Part shown: positions 30,001 through 45,000 of the stretch, one piece after another
How the letters are laid out: each line of letters starts with the position of its first letter
Numbering within the stretch: the first letter of the stretch is position 1
Source of the DNA: Auanema rhodensis
Taxonomy: Eukaryota; Animalia; Nematoda
Assembly: GCA_964057225.1 (NCBI GenBank)
Contig: OZ059894.1
Coordinates: 19,344,001-19,408,000 of the forward strand
Length of the DNA: 64,000 bases
Direction of reading: 5' to 3'
Made by a program: the position numbers and the translations under genes
The notes under the pieces: generated by a model
The model's input: only the letters and a program-made list of their open reading frames with translations
The model's database searches: none
Told to the model about the DNA's origin: nothing

Positions 30001-33000
30001 ATTCCATTTTTCAAGGCAAAGACGATGGACAATGTTATTCAACGAAAAAATTAATTCTTCAGGGTGAAAATCGAGGATATAAGTGTGAACTTATATCAGT
30101 TGATATCTCGGTGCATTTTTAAGCTAGCGCAAATCTGATAACACAGATCGACGCAGCTTAAAAATCCGCATCGAATGCCCTATACTACATTGAGAAACGC
30201 TTAATACAAAAATTAGTTATGATCGTTTGAAAAATGATGCATTAGTGTATGTTGAGTTTCCATGTACACTCAACATTGCTTCCAAAAACATTTTGACAAA
30301 AATTTTTTCGAAAAATTTCAGAATAATTTAGCAAAAAGTAGATGTTTTTAGATTCCATTTTTCAAGGCAAAGACGATGGACAATGTTATTCAACGAAAAA
30401 ATTAATTCTTCAGGGTGAAAATCGAGGATATAAGTGTGAACTTATATCAGTTGATATCTCGGTGGATTTTTAAGCTAGCGCAAATCTGATAACACAGATC
30501 GACGCAGCTTAAAAATCCGCATCGAATGCACTATACTACATTAAAAACGCTTAATACAAAAATTAGTTATGATCGTTCGAAAAATGATGCATTAGTGTAT
30601 GTTGAGTTTCCATGTACACTCAACATTGCTTCCAAAAACATTTTGACAAAAATTTTTTCGAAAAATTTCAAAATAATTTAGCAAAAAGTAGATGTTTTTA
30701 GATTCCATTTTTCAAGGCAAAGACGATGGACAATGTTATTCAACGAAAAAATTAATTCTTCAGGGTGAAAATCGAGGATATAAGTGTGAACTTATATCAG
30801 TTGATATCTCGGTGCATTTTTAAGCTAGCGCAAATCTGATAACACAGATCGACGCAGCTTAAAAATCCGCATCGAATGCACTATACTACATTGAAAAACG
30901 CTTAATACAAAAATTAGTTATGATCGTTCGAAAAATGATGCATTAGTGTATGTTGAGTTTCCATGTACACTCAACATTGCTTCCAAAAACATTTTGACAA
31001 AAATTTTTTCGAAAAATTTCAGAATAATTTAGCAAAAAGTAGATGTTTTTAGATTCCTTTTTTCAAGGCAAAGACGATGGTCAATGTTATTCAACGAAAA
31101 AATCAAATCTTCAGGGTGAAAATCGAGGATATAAGTGTGAACTTATATCAGTTGATATCTCGGTGCATTTTTAAGCTAGCGCAAATCTGATAACACAGAT
31201 CGACGCAGCTTAAAAATCCGCATCGAATGCACTATACTACATTGAGAAACGCTCAATACAAAATATAGTTATGATCGTTTGAAAAATGATGCATTAGTGT
31301 ATGTTGAGTTTCCATGTACACTCAACATTGCTTCCAAAAACATTTTGACAAAAATTTTTTCGAAAAATTTCAGAATAATTTAGCAAAAAGTAGATGTTTT
31401 TAGATTCCATTTTTCAAGGCAAAGACGATGGACAATGTTATTCAACGAAAAAATTAATTCTTCAGGGTGAAAATCGAGGATATAAGTGTGAACTTATATC
31501 AGTTGATATCTCGGTGCATTTTTAAGCTAGCGCAAATCTGATAACACAGATCGACGCAGCTTAAAAATCCGCATCGAATGCACTATACTCATTGAAAAAC
31601 GCTTAATACAAAAATTAGTTATGATCGTTCGAAAAATGATGCATTAGTGTATGTTGAGTTTCCATGTACACTCAACATTGCTTCCAAAAACATTTTGACA
31701 AAAATTTTTTCGAAAAATTTCAGAATAATTTAGCAAAAAGTAGATGTTTTTAGATTCCATTTTTCAAGGCAAAGACGATGGACAATGTTATTCAACGAAA
31801 AAATTAATTCTTCAGGGTGAAAATCGAGGATATAAGTGTGAACTTATATCAGTTGATATCTCGGTGCATTTTTAAGCTAGCGCAAATCTGATAACACAGA
31901 TCGACGCAGCGTAAAAATCCGCATCGAATGCAATATACTACATTGAAAAACGCTTAATACAAAAATTAGTTATGATCGTTCGAAAAATGATGCATTAGTG
32001 TATGTTGAGTTTCCATGTACACTCAACATTGCTTCCAAAAACATTTTGACAAAAATTTTTTCGAAAAATTTCAGAATAATTTAGCAAAAAGTAGATGTTT
32101 TTAGATTCCTTTTTTCAAGGCAAAGACGATGGTCAATGTTATTCAACGAAAAAATCAATTCTTCAGGGTGAAAATCGAGTATATAAGTGTGAACTTATAT
32201 CAGTTGATATCTCGGTGCATTTTTAAGCTAGCGCAAATCTGATAACACAGATCGACGCAGCTTAAAAATCCGCATCGAATGCACTATACTACATTGAGAA
32301 ACGCTTAATACAAAAATTAGTTATGATCGTTTGAAAAATGATGCATTAGTGTATGTTGAGTTTCCATGTACACTCAACATTGCTTCCAAAAACATTTTGA
32401 CAAAAATTTTTTCGAAAAATTTCAGAATAATTTAGCAAAAAGTAGATGTTTTTAGATTTCTTTTTTCAAGGCAAAGACGATGGTCAATGTTATTCAACGA
32501 AAAAATCAATTCTTCAGGGTGAAAATCGAGGATATAAGTGTGAACTTATATCAGTTGATATCTCGGTGCATTTTTAAGCTAGCGCAAATCTGATAACACA
32601 GATCGACGCAGCTTAAAAATCCGCATCGAATGCACTATACTACATTGAGAAACGCTTAATACAAAAATTAGTTATGATCGTTTGAAAAATGATGCGTTAG
32701 TGTATGTTGAGTTTCCATGTACACTCAACATTGCTTCCAAAAACATTTTGACAAAAATTTTTTCGAAAAATTTCAAAATAATTTAGCAAAAAGTAGATGT
32801 TTTTAGATTCCATTTTTCAAGGCAAAGACGATGGACAATGTTATTCAACGAAAAAATTAATTCTTCAGGGTGAAAATCGAGGATATAAGTGTGAACTTAT
32901 ATCAGTTGATATCTCGGTGCATTTTTAAGCTAGCGCAAATCTGATAACACAGATCGACGCAGCTTAAAAATCCGCATCGAATGCACTATACTACATTGAA

Positions 33001-36000
33001 AAACGCTTAATACAAAAATTAGTTATGATCGTTCGAAAAATGATGCATTAGTGTATGTTGAGTTTCCATGTACACTCAACATTGCTTCCAAAAACATTTT
33101 GACAAAAATTTTTTCGAAAAATTTCAGAATAATTTAGCGAAAAGTAGATGTTTTTAGATTCCTTTTTTCAAGGCAAAGACGATGGTCAATGTTATTCAAC
33201 GAAAAAATCAAATCTTCAGGGTGAAAATCGAGGATATAAGTGTGAACTTATATCAGTTGATATCTCGGTGCATTTTTAAGCTAGCGCAAATCTGATAACA
33301 CAGATCGACGCAGCTTAAAAATCCGCATCGAATGCACTATACTACATTGAGAAACGCTCAATACAAAATATAGTTATGATCGTTTGAAAAATGATGCATT
33401 AGTGTATGTTGAGTTTCCATGTACACTCAACATTGCTTCCAAAAACATTTTGACAAAAATTTTTTCGAAAAATTTCAGAATAATTTAGCAAAAAGTAGAT
33501 GTTTTTAGATTCCATTTTTCAAGGCAAAGACGATGGACAATGTTATTCAACGAAAAAATTAATTCTTCAGGGTGAAAATCGAGGATATAAGTGTGAACTT
33601 ATATCAGTTGATATCTCGGTGCATTTTTAAGCTAGCGCAAATCTGATAACACAGATCGACGCAGCTTAAAAATCCGCATCGAATGCACTATACTCATTGA
33701 AAAACGCTTAATACAAAAATTAGTTATGATCGTTCGAAAAATGATGCATTAGTGTATGTTGAGTTTCCATGTACACTCAACATTGCTTCCAAAAACATTT
33801 TGACAAAAATTTTTTCGAAAAATTTCAGAATAATTTAGCAAAAAGTAGATGTTTTTAGATTCCATTTTTCAAGGCAAAGACGATGGACAATGTTATTCAA
33901 CGAAAAAATTAATTCTTCAGGGTGAAAATCGAGGATATAAGTGTGAACTTATATCAGTTGATATCTCGGTGCATTTTTAAGCTAGCGCAAATCTGATAAC
34001 ACAGATCGACGCAGCGTAAAAATCCGCATCGAATGCACTATACTACATTGAAAAACGCTTAATACAAAAATTAGTTATGATCGTTCGAAAAATGATGCAT
34101 TAGTGTATGTTGAGTTTCCATGTACACTCAACATTGCTTCCAAAAACATTTTGACAAAAATTTTTTCGAAAAATTTCAGAATAATTTAGCAAAAAGTAGA
34201 TGTTTTTAGATTCCTTTTTTCAAGGCAAAGACGATGGTCAATGTTATTCAACGAAAAAATCAATTCTTCAGGGTGAAAATCGAGTATATAAGTGTGAACT
34301 TATATCAGTTGATATCTCGGTGCATTTTTAAGCTAGCGCAAATCTGATAACACAGATCGACGCAGCTTAAAAATCCGCATCGAATGCACTATACTACATT
34401 GAGAAACGCTTAATACAAAAATTAGTTATGATCGTTTGAAAAATGATGCATTAGTGTATGTTGAGTTTCCATGTACACTCAACATTGCTTCCAAAAACAT
34501 TTTGACAAAAATTTTTTCGAAAAATTTCAGAATAATTTAGCAAAAAGTAGATGTTTTTAGATTTCTTTTTTCAAGGCAAAGACGATGGTCAATGTTATTC
34601 AACGAAAAAATCAATTCTTCAGGGTGAAAATCGAGTATATAAGTGTGAACTTATATCAGTTGATATCTCGGTGCATTTTTAAGCTAGCGCAAATCTGATA
34701 ACACAGATCGACGCAGCTTAAAAATCCGCATCGAATGCACTATACTACATTGAGAAACGCTTAATACAAAAATTAGTTATGATCGTTTGAAAAATGATGC
34801 GTTAGTGTATGTTGAGTTTCCATGTACACTCAACATTGCTTCCAAAAACATTTTGACAAAAATTTTTTCGAAAAATTTCAAAATAATTTAGCAAAAAGTA
34901 GATGTTTTTAGATTCCATTTTTCAAGGCAAAGACGATGGACAATGTTATTCAACGAAAAAATTAATTCTTCAGGGTGAAAATCGAGGATATAAGTGTGAA
35001 CTTATATCAGTTGATATCTCGGTGCATTTTTAAGCTAGCGCAAATCTGATAACACAGATCGACGCAGCTTAAAAATCCGCATCGAATGCACTATACTACA
35101 TTAAAAAACGCTTAATACAAAAATTAGTTATGATCGTTCGAAAAATGATGCATTAGTGTATGTTGAGTTTCCATGTACACTCAACATTGCTTCCAAAAAC
35201 ATTTTGACAAAAATTTTTTCGAAAAATTTCAAAATAATTTAGCAAAAAGTAGATGTTTTTAGATTCCATTTTTCAAGGCAAAGACGATGGACAATGTTAT
35301 TCAACGAAAAAATTAATTCTTCAGGGTGAAAATCGAGGATATAAGTGTGAACTTATATCAGTTGATATCTCGGTGCATTTTTAAGCTAGCGCAAATCTGA
35401 TAACACAGATCGACGCAGCTTAAAAATCCGCATCGAATGCACTATACTACATTGAAAAACGCTTAATACAAAAATTAGTTATGATCGTTCGAAAAATGAT
35501 GCATTAGTGTATGTTGAGTTTCCATGTACACTCAACATTGCTTCCAAAAACATTTTGACAAAAATTTTTTCGAAAAATTTCAGAATAATTTAGCAAAAAG
35601 TAGATGTTTTTAGATTCCTTTTTTCAAGGCAAAGACGATGGTCAATGTTATTCAACGAAAAAATCAAATCTTCAGGGTGAAAATCGAGGATATAAGTGTG
35701 AACTTATATCAGTTGATATCTCGGTGCATTTTTAAGCTAGCGCAAATCTGATAACACAGGTCGACGCAGCTTAAAAATCCGCATCGAATGCACTATACTA
35801 CATTGAGAAACGCTCAATACAAAATATAGTTATGATCGTTTGAAAAATGATGCATTAGTGTATGTTGAGTTTCCATGTACACTCAACATTGCTTCCAAAA
35901 ACATTTTGACAAAAATTTTTTCGAAAAATTTCAGAATAATTTAGCAAAAAGTAGATGTTTTTAGATTCCATTTTTCAAGGCAAAGACGATGGACAATGTT

Positions 36001-39000
36001 ATTCAACGAAAAAATTAATTCTTCAGGGTGAAAATCGAGGATATAAGTGTGAACTTATATCAGTTGATATCTCGGTGCATTTTTAAGCTAGCGCAAATCT
36101 GATAACACAGATCGACGCAGCTTAAAAATCCGCATCGAATGCACTATACTACATTAAAAAACGCTTAATACAAAAATTAGTTATGATCGTTCGAAAAATG
36201 ATGCATTAGTGTATGTTGAGTTTCCATGTACACTCAACATTGCTTCCAAAAACATTTTGACAAAAATTTTTTCGAAAAATTTCAAAATAATTTAGCAAAA
36301 AGTAGATGTTTTTAGATTCCATTTTTCAAGGCAAAGACGATGGACAATGTTATTCAACGAAAAAATTAATTCTTCAGGGTGAAAATCGAGGATATAAGTG
36401 TGAACTTATATCAGTTGATATCTCGGTGCATTTTTAAGCTAGCGCAAATCTGATAACACAGATCGACGCAGCTTAAAAATCCGCATCGAATGCACTATAC
36501 TACATTGAAAAACGCTTAATACAAAAATTAGTTATGATCGTTCGAAAAATGATGCATTAGTGTATGTTGAGTTTCCATGTACACTCAACATTGCTTCCAA
36601 AAACATTTTGACAAAAATTTTTTCGAAAAATTTCAGAATAATTTAGCAAAAAGTAGATGTTTTTAGATTCCTTTTTTCAAGGCAAAGACGATGGTCAATG
36701 TTATTCAACGAAAAAATCAAATCTTCAGGGTGAAAATCGAGGATATAAGTGTGAACTTATATCAGTTGATATCTCGGTGCATTTTTAAGCTAGCGCAAAT
36801 CTGATAACACAGATCGACGCAGCTTAAAAATCCGCATCGAATGCACTATACTACATTGAGAAACGCTCAATACAAAATATAGTTATGATCGTTTGAAAAA
36901 TGATGCATTAGTGTATGTTGAGTTTCCATGTACACTCAACATTGCTTCCAAAAACATTTTGACAAAAATTTTTTCGAAAAATTTCAGAATAATTTAGCAA
37001 AAAGTAGATGTTTTTAGATTCCATTTTTCAAGGCAAAGACGATGGACAATGTTATTCAACGAAAAAATTAATTCTTCAGGGTGAAAATCGAGGATATAAG
37101 TGTGAACTTATATCAGTTGATATCTCGGTGCATTTTTAAGCTAGCGCAAATCTGATAACACAGATCGACGCAGCTTAAAAATCCGCATCGAATGCACTAT
37201 ACTCATTGAAAAACGCTTAATACAAAAATTAGTTATGATCGTTCGAAAAATGATGCATTAGTGTATGTTGAGTTTCCATGTACACTCAACATTGCTTCCA
37301 AAAACATTTTGACAAAAATTTTTTCGAAAAATTTCAGAATAATTTAGCAAAAAGTAGATGTTTTTAGATTCCATTTTTCAAGGCAAAGACGATGGACAAT
37401 GTTATTCAACGAAAAAATTAATTCTTCAGGGTGAAAATCGAGGATATAAGTGTGAACTTATATCAGTTGATATCTCGGTGCATTTTTAAGCTAGCGCAAA
37501 TCTGATAACACAGATCGACGCAGCGTAAAAATCCGCATCGAATGCACTATACTACATTGAAAAACGCTTAATACAAAAATTAGTTATGATCGTTCGAAAA
37601 ATGATGCATTAGTGTATGTTGAGTTTCCATGTACACTCAACATTGCTTCCAAAAACATTTTGACAAAAATTTTTTCGAAAAATTTCAGAATAATTTAGCA
37701 AAAAGTAGATGTTTTTAGATTCCTTTTTTCAAGGCAAAGACGATGGTCAATGTTATTCAACGAAAAAATCAATTCTTCAGGGTGAAAATCGAGTATATAA
37801 GTGTGAACTTATATCAGTTGATATCTCGGTGCATTTTTAAGCTAGCGCAAATCTGATAACACAGATCGACGCAGCTTAAAAATCCGCATCGAATGCACTA
37901 TACTACATTGAGAAACGCTTAATACAAAAATTAGTTATGATCGTTTGAAAAATGATGCATTAGTGTATGTTGAGTTTCCATGTACACTCAACATTGCTTC
38001 CAAAAACATTTTGACAAAAATTTTTTCGAAAAATTTCAGAATAATTTAGCAAAAAGTAGATGTTTTTAGATTTCTTTTTTCAAGGCAAAGACGATGGTCA
38101 ATGTTATTCAACGAAAAAATCAATTCTTCAGGGTGAAAATCGAGGATATAAGTGTGAACTTATATCAGTTGATATCTCGGTGCATTTTTAAGCTAGCGCA
38201 AATCTGATAACACAGATCGACGCAGCTTAAAAATCCGCATCGAATGCACTATACTACATTGAAAAACGCTTAATACAAAAATTAGTTATGATCGTTCGAA
38301 AAATGATGCATTAGTGTATGTTGAGTTTCCATGTACACTCAACATTGCTTCCAAAAACATTTTGACAAAAATTTTTTCGAAAAATTTCAGAATAATTTAG
38401 CGAAAAGTAGATGTTTTTAGATTCCTTTTTTCAAGGCAAAGACGATGGTCAATGTTATTCAACGAAAAAATCAAATCTTCAGGGTGAAAATCGAGGATAT
38501 AAGTGTGAACTTATATCAGTTGATATCTCGGTGCATTTTTAAGCTAGCGCAAATCTGATAACACAGATCGACGCAGCTTAAAAATCCGCATCGAATGCAC
38601 TATACTACATTGAGAAACGCTCAATACAAAATATAGTTATGATCGTTTGAAAAATGATGCATTAGTGTATGTTGAGTTTCCATGTACACTCAACATTGCT
38701 TCCAAAAACATTTTGACAAAAATTTTTTCGAAAAATTTCAGAATAATTTAGCAAAAAGTAGATGTTTTTAGATTCCATTTTTCAAGGCAAAGACGATGGA
38801 CAATGTTATTCAACGAAAAAATTAATTCTTCAGGGTGAAAATCGAGGATATAAGTGTGAACTTATATCAGTTGATATCTCGGTGCATTTTTAAGCTAGCG
38901 CAAATCTGATAACACAGATCGACGCAGCTTAAAAATCCGCATCGAATGCACTATACTCATTGAAAAACGCTTAATACAAAAATTAGTTATGATCGTTCGA

Positions 39001-42000
39001 AAAATGATGCATTAGTGTATGTTGAGTTTCCATGTACACTCAACATTGCTTCCAAAAACATTTTGACAAAAATTTTTTCGAAAAATTTCAGAATAATTTA
39101 GCAAAAAGTAGATGTTTTTAGATTCCATTTTTCAAGGCAAAGACGATGGACAATGTTATTCAACGAAAAAATTAATTCTTCAGGGTGAAAATCGAGGATA
39201 TAAGTGTGAACTTATATCAGTTGATATCTCGGTGCATTTTTAAGCTAGCGCAAATCTGATAACACAGATCGACGCAGCGTAAAAATCCGCATCGAATGCA
39301 CTATACTACATTGAAAAACGCTTAATACAAAAATTAGTTATGATCGTTCGAAAAATGATGCATTAGTGTATGTTGAGTTTCCATGTACACTCAACATTGC
39401 TTCCAAAAACATTTTGACAAAAATTTTTTCGAAAAATTTCAGAATAATTTAGCAAAAAGTAGATGTTTTTAGATTCCTTTTTTCAAGGCAAAGACGATGG
39501 TCAATGTTATTCAACGAAAAAATCAATTCTTCAGGGTGAAAATCGAGTATATAAGTGTGAACTTATATCAGTTGATATCTCGGTGCATTTTTAAGCTAGC
39601 GCAAATCTGATAACACAGATCGACGCAGCTTAAAAATCCGCATCGAATGCACTATACTACATTGAGAAACGCTTAATACAAAAATTAGTTATGATCGTTT
39701 GAAAAATGATGCATTAGTGTATGTTGAGTTTCCATGTACACTCAACATTGCTTCCAAAAACATTTTGACAAAAATTTTTTCGAAAAATTTCAGAATAATT
39801 TAGCAAAAAGTAGATGTTTTTAGATTTCTTTTTTCAAGGCAAAGACGATGGTCAATGTTATTCAACGAAAAAATCAATTCTTCAGGGTGAAAATCGAGGA
39901 TATAAGTGTGAACTTATATCAGTTGATATCTCGGTGCATTTTTAAGCTAGCGCAAATCTGATAACACAGATCGACGCAGCTTAAAAATCCGCATCGAATG
40001 CACTATACTACATTGAGAAACGCTTAATACAAAAATTAGTTATGATCGTTTGAAAAATGATGCGTTAGTGTATGTTGAGTTTCCATGTACACTCAACATT
40101 GCTTCCAAAAACATTTTGACAAAAATTTTTTCGAAAAATTTCAAAATAATTTAGCAAAAAGTAGATGTTTTTAGATTCCATTTTTCAAGGCAAAGACGAT
40201 GGACAATGTTATTCAACGAAAAAATTAATTCTTCAGGGTGAAAATCGAGGATATAAGTGTGAACTTATATCAGTTGATATCTCGGTGCATTTTTAAGCTA
40301 GCGCAAATCTGATAACACAGATCGACGCAGCTTAAAAATCCGCATCGAATGCACTATACTACATTGAAAAACGCTTAATACAAAAATTAGTTATGATCGT
40401 TCGAAAAATGATGCATTAGTGTATGTTGAGTTTCCATGTACACTCAACATTGCTTCCAAAAACATTTTGACAAAAATTTTTTCGAAAAATTTCAGAATAA
40501 TTTAGCAAAAAGTAGATGTTTTTAGATTCCTTTTTTCAAGGCAAAGACGATGGTCAATGTTATTCAACGAAAAAATCAAATCTTCAGGGTGAAAATCGAG
40601 GATATAAGTGTGAACTTATATCAGTTGATATCTCGGTGCATTTTTAAGCTAGCGCAAATCTGATAACACAGATCGACGCAGCTTAAAAATCCGCATCGAA
40701 TGCACTATACTACATTGAGAAACGCTCAATACAAAATATAGTTATGATCGTTTGAAAAATGATGCATTAGTGTATGTTGAGTTTCCATGTACACTCAACA
40801 TTGCTTCCAAAAACATTTTGACAAAAATTTTTTCGAAAAATTTCAGAATAATTTAGCAAAAAGTAGATGTTTTTAGATTTCTTTTTTCAAGGCAAAGACG
40901 ATGGTCAATGTTATTCAACGAAAAAATCAATTCTTCAGGGTGAAAATCGAGGATATAAGTGTGAACTTATATCAGTTGATATCTCGGTGCATTTTTAAGC
41001 TAGCGCAAATCTGATAACACAGATCGACGCAGCTTAAAAATCCGCATCGAATGCACTATACTACATTGAGAAACGCTTAATACAAAAATTAGTTATGATC
41101 GTTTGAAAAATGATGCGTTAGTGTATGTTGAGTTTCCATGTACACTCAACATTGCTTCCAAAAACATTTTGACAAAAATTTTTTCGAAAAATTTCAAAAT
41201 AATTTAGCAAAAAGTAGATGTTTTTAGATTCCATTTTTCAAGGCAAAGACGATGGACAATGTTATTCAACGTTAGTTGATATCTCGGTGCATTTTTGAGC
41301 TAGCGCAAATCTGATAACACAGATCGACGCAGCTTAAAAATCCGCATCGAATGCACTATACTACATTGAGAAACGCTCAATACAAAATATAGTTATGATC
41401 GTTTGAAAAATGATGCATTAGTGTATGTTGAGTTTCCATGTACACTCAACATTGCTTCCAAAAACATTTTGACAAAAATTTTTTCGAAAAATTTCAGAAT
41501 AATTTAGCAAAAAGTAGATGTTTTTAGATTCCATTTTTCAAGGCAAAGACGATGGACAATGTTATTCAACGAAAAAATTAATTCTTCAGGGTGAAAATCG
41601 AGGATATAAGTGTGAACTTATATCAGTTGATATCTCGGTGCATTTTTAAGCTAGCGCAAATCTGATAACACAGATCGACGCAGCTTAAAAATCCGCATCG
41701 AATGCACTATACTCATTGAAAAACGCTTAATACAAAAATTAGTTATGATCGTTCGAAAAATGATGCATTAGTGTATGTTGAGTTTCCATGTACACTCAAC
41801 ATTGCTTCCAAAAACATTTTGACAAAAATTTTTTCGAAAAATTTCAGAATAATTTAGCAAAAAGTAGATGTTTTTAGATTCCATTTTTCAAGGCAAAGAC
41901 GATGGACAATGTTATTCAACGAAAAAATTAATTCTTCAGGGTGAAAATCGAGGATATAAGTGTGAACTTATATCAGTTGATATCTCGGTGCATTTTTAAG

Positions 42001-45000
42001 CTAGCGCAAATCTGATAACACAGATCGACGCAGCGTAAAAATCCGCATCGAATGCACTATACTACATTGAAAAACGCTTAATACAAAAATTAGTTATGAT
42101 CGTTCGAAAAATGATGCATTAGTGTATGTTGAGTTTCCATGTACACTCAACATTGCTTCCAAAAACATTTTGACAAAAATTTTTTCGAAAAATTTCAGAA
42201 TAATTTAGCAAAAAGTAGATGTTTTTAGATTCCTTTTTTCAAGGCAAAGACGATGGTCAATGTTATTCAACGAAAAAATCAATTCTTCAGGGTGAAAATC
42301 GAGTATATAAGTGTGAACTTATATCAGTTGATATCTCGGTGCATTTTTAAGCTAGCGCAAATCTGATAACACAGATCGACGCAGCTTAAAAATCCGCATC
42401 GAATGCACTATACTACATTGAGAAACGCTTAATACAAAAATTAGTTATGATCGTTTGAAAAATGATGCATTAGTGTATGTTGAGTTTCCATGTACACTCA
42501 ACATTGCTTCCAAAAACATTTTGACAAAAATTTTTTCGAAAAATTTCAGAATAATTTAGCAAAAAGTAGATGTTTTTAGATTTCTTTTTTCAAGGCAAAG
42601 ACGATGGTCAATGTTATTCAACGAAAAAATCAATTCTTCAGGGTGAAAATCGAGGATATAAGTGCGAACTTATATCAGTTGATATCTCGGTGCATTTTTA
42701 AGCTAGCGCAAATCTGATAACACAGATCGACGCAGCTTAAAAATCCGCATCGAATGCACTATACTACATTGAGAAACGCTTAATACAAAAATTAGTTATG
42801 ATCGTTTGAAAAATGATGCGTTAGTGTATGTTGAGTTTCCATGTACACTCAACATTGCTTCCAAAAACATTTTGACAAAAATTTTTTCGAAAAATTTCAA
42901 AATAATTTAGCAAAAAGTAGATGTTTTTAGATTCCATTTTTCAAGGCAAAGACGATGGACAATGTTATTCAACGAAAAAATTAATTCTTCAGGGTGAAAA
43001 TCGAGGATATAAGTGTGAACTTATATCAGTTGATATCTCGGTGCATTTTTAAGCTAGCGCAAATCTGATAACACAGATCGACGCAGCTTAAAAATCCGCA
43101 TCGAATGCACTATACTACATTGAAAAACGCTTAATACAAAAATTAGTTATGATCGTTCGAAAAATGATGCATTAGTGTATGTTGAGTTTCCATGTACACT
43201 CAACATTGCTTCCAAAAACATTTTGACAAAAATTTTTTCGAAAAATTTCAGAATAATTTAGCAAAAAGTAGATGTTTTTAGATTCCTTTTTTCAAGGCAA
43301 AGACGATGGTCAATGTTATTCAACGAAAAAATCAAATCTTCAGGGTGAAAATCGAGGATATAAGTGTGAACTTATATCAGTTGATATCTCGGTGCATTTT
43401 TAAGCTAGCGCAAATCTGATAACACAGATCGACGCAGCTTAAAAATCCGCATCGAATGCACTATACTACATTGAGAAACGCTCAATACAAAATATAGTTA
43501 TGATCGTTTGAAAAATGATGCATTAGTGTATGTTGAGTTTCCATGTACACTCAACATTGCTTCCAAAAACATTTTGACAAAAATTTTTTCGAAAAATTTC
43601 AAAATAATTTAGCAAAAAGTAGATGTTTTTAGATTCCATTTTTCAAGGCAAAGACGATGGACAATGTTATTCAACGAAAAAATTAATTCTTCAGGGTGAA
43701 AATCGAGGATATAAGTGTGAACTTATATCAGTTGATATCTCGGTGCATTTTTAAGCTAGCGCAAATCTGATAACACAGATCGACGCAGCTTAAAAATCCG
43801 CATCGAATGCACTATACTACATTGAAAAACGCTTAATACAAAAATTAGTTATGATCGTTCGAAAAATGATGCATTAGTGTATGTTGAGTTTCCATGTACA
43901 CTCAACATTGCTTCCAAAAACATTTTGACAAAAATTTTTTCGAAAAATTTCAGAATAATTTAGCAAAAAGTAGATGTTTTTAGATTCCTTTTTTCAAGGC
44001 AAAGACGATGGACAATGTTATTCAACGAAAAAATTAATTCTTCAGGGTGAAAATCGAGGATATAAGTGTGAACTTATATCAGTTGATATCTCGGTGCATT
44101 TTTAAGCTAGCGCAAATCTGATAACACAGATCGACGCAGCTTAAAAATCCGCATCGAATGCACTATACTACATTGAGAAACGCTTAATACAAAAATTAGT
44201 TATGATCGTTTGAAAAATGATGCGTTAGTGTATGTTGAGTTTCCATGTACACTCAACATTGCTTCCAAAAACATTTTGACAAAAATTTTTTCGAAAAATT
44301 TCAAAATAATTTAGCAAAAAGTAGATGTTTTTAGATTCCATTTTTCAAGGCAAAGACGATGGACAATGTTATTCAACGAAAAAATTAATTCTTCAGGGTG
44401 AAAATCGAGGATATAAGTGTGAACTTATATCAGTTGATATCTCGGTGCATTTTTAAGCTAGCGCAAATCTGATAACACAGATCGACGCAGCTTAAAAATC
44501 CGCATCGAATGCACTATACTACATTGAAAAACGCTTAATACAAAAATTAGTTATGATCGTTCGAAAAATGATGCATTAGTGTATGTTGAGTTTCCATGTA
44601 CACTCAACATTGCTTCCAAAAACATTTTGACAAAAATTTTTTCGAAAAATTTCAGAATAATTTAGCAAAAAGTAGATGTTTTTAGATTCCTTTTTTCAAG
44701 GCAAAGACGATGGTCAATGTTATTCAACGAAAAAATCAAATCTTCAGGGTGAAAATCGAGGATATAAGTGTGAACTTATATCAGTTGATATCTCGGTGCA
44801 TTTTTAAGCTAGCGCAAATCTGATAACACAGATCGACGCAGCTTAAAAATCCGCATCGAATGCACTATACTACATTGAGAAACGCTCAATACAAAATATA
44901 GTTATGATCGTTTGAAAAATGATGCATTAGTGTATGTTGAGTTTCCATGTACACTCAACATTGCTTCCAAAAACATTTTGACAAAAATTTTTTCGAAAAA

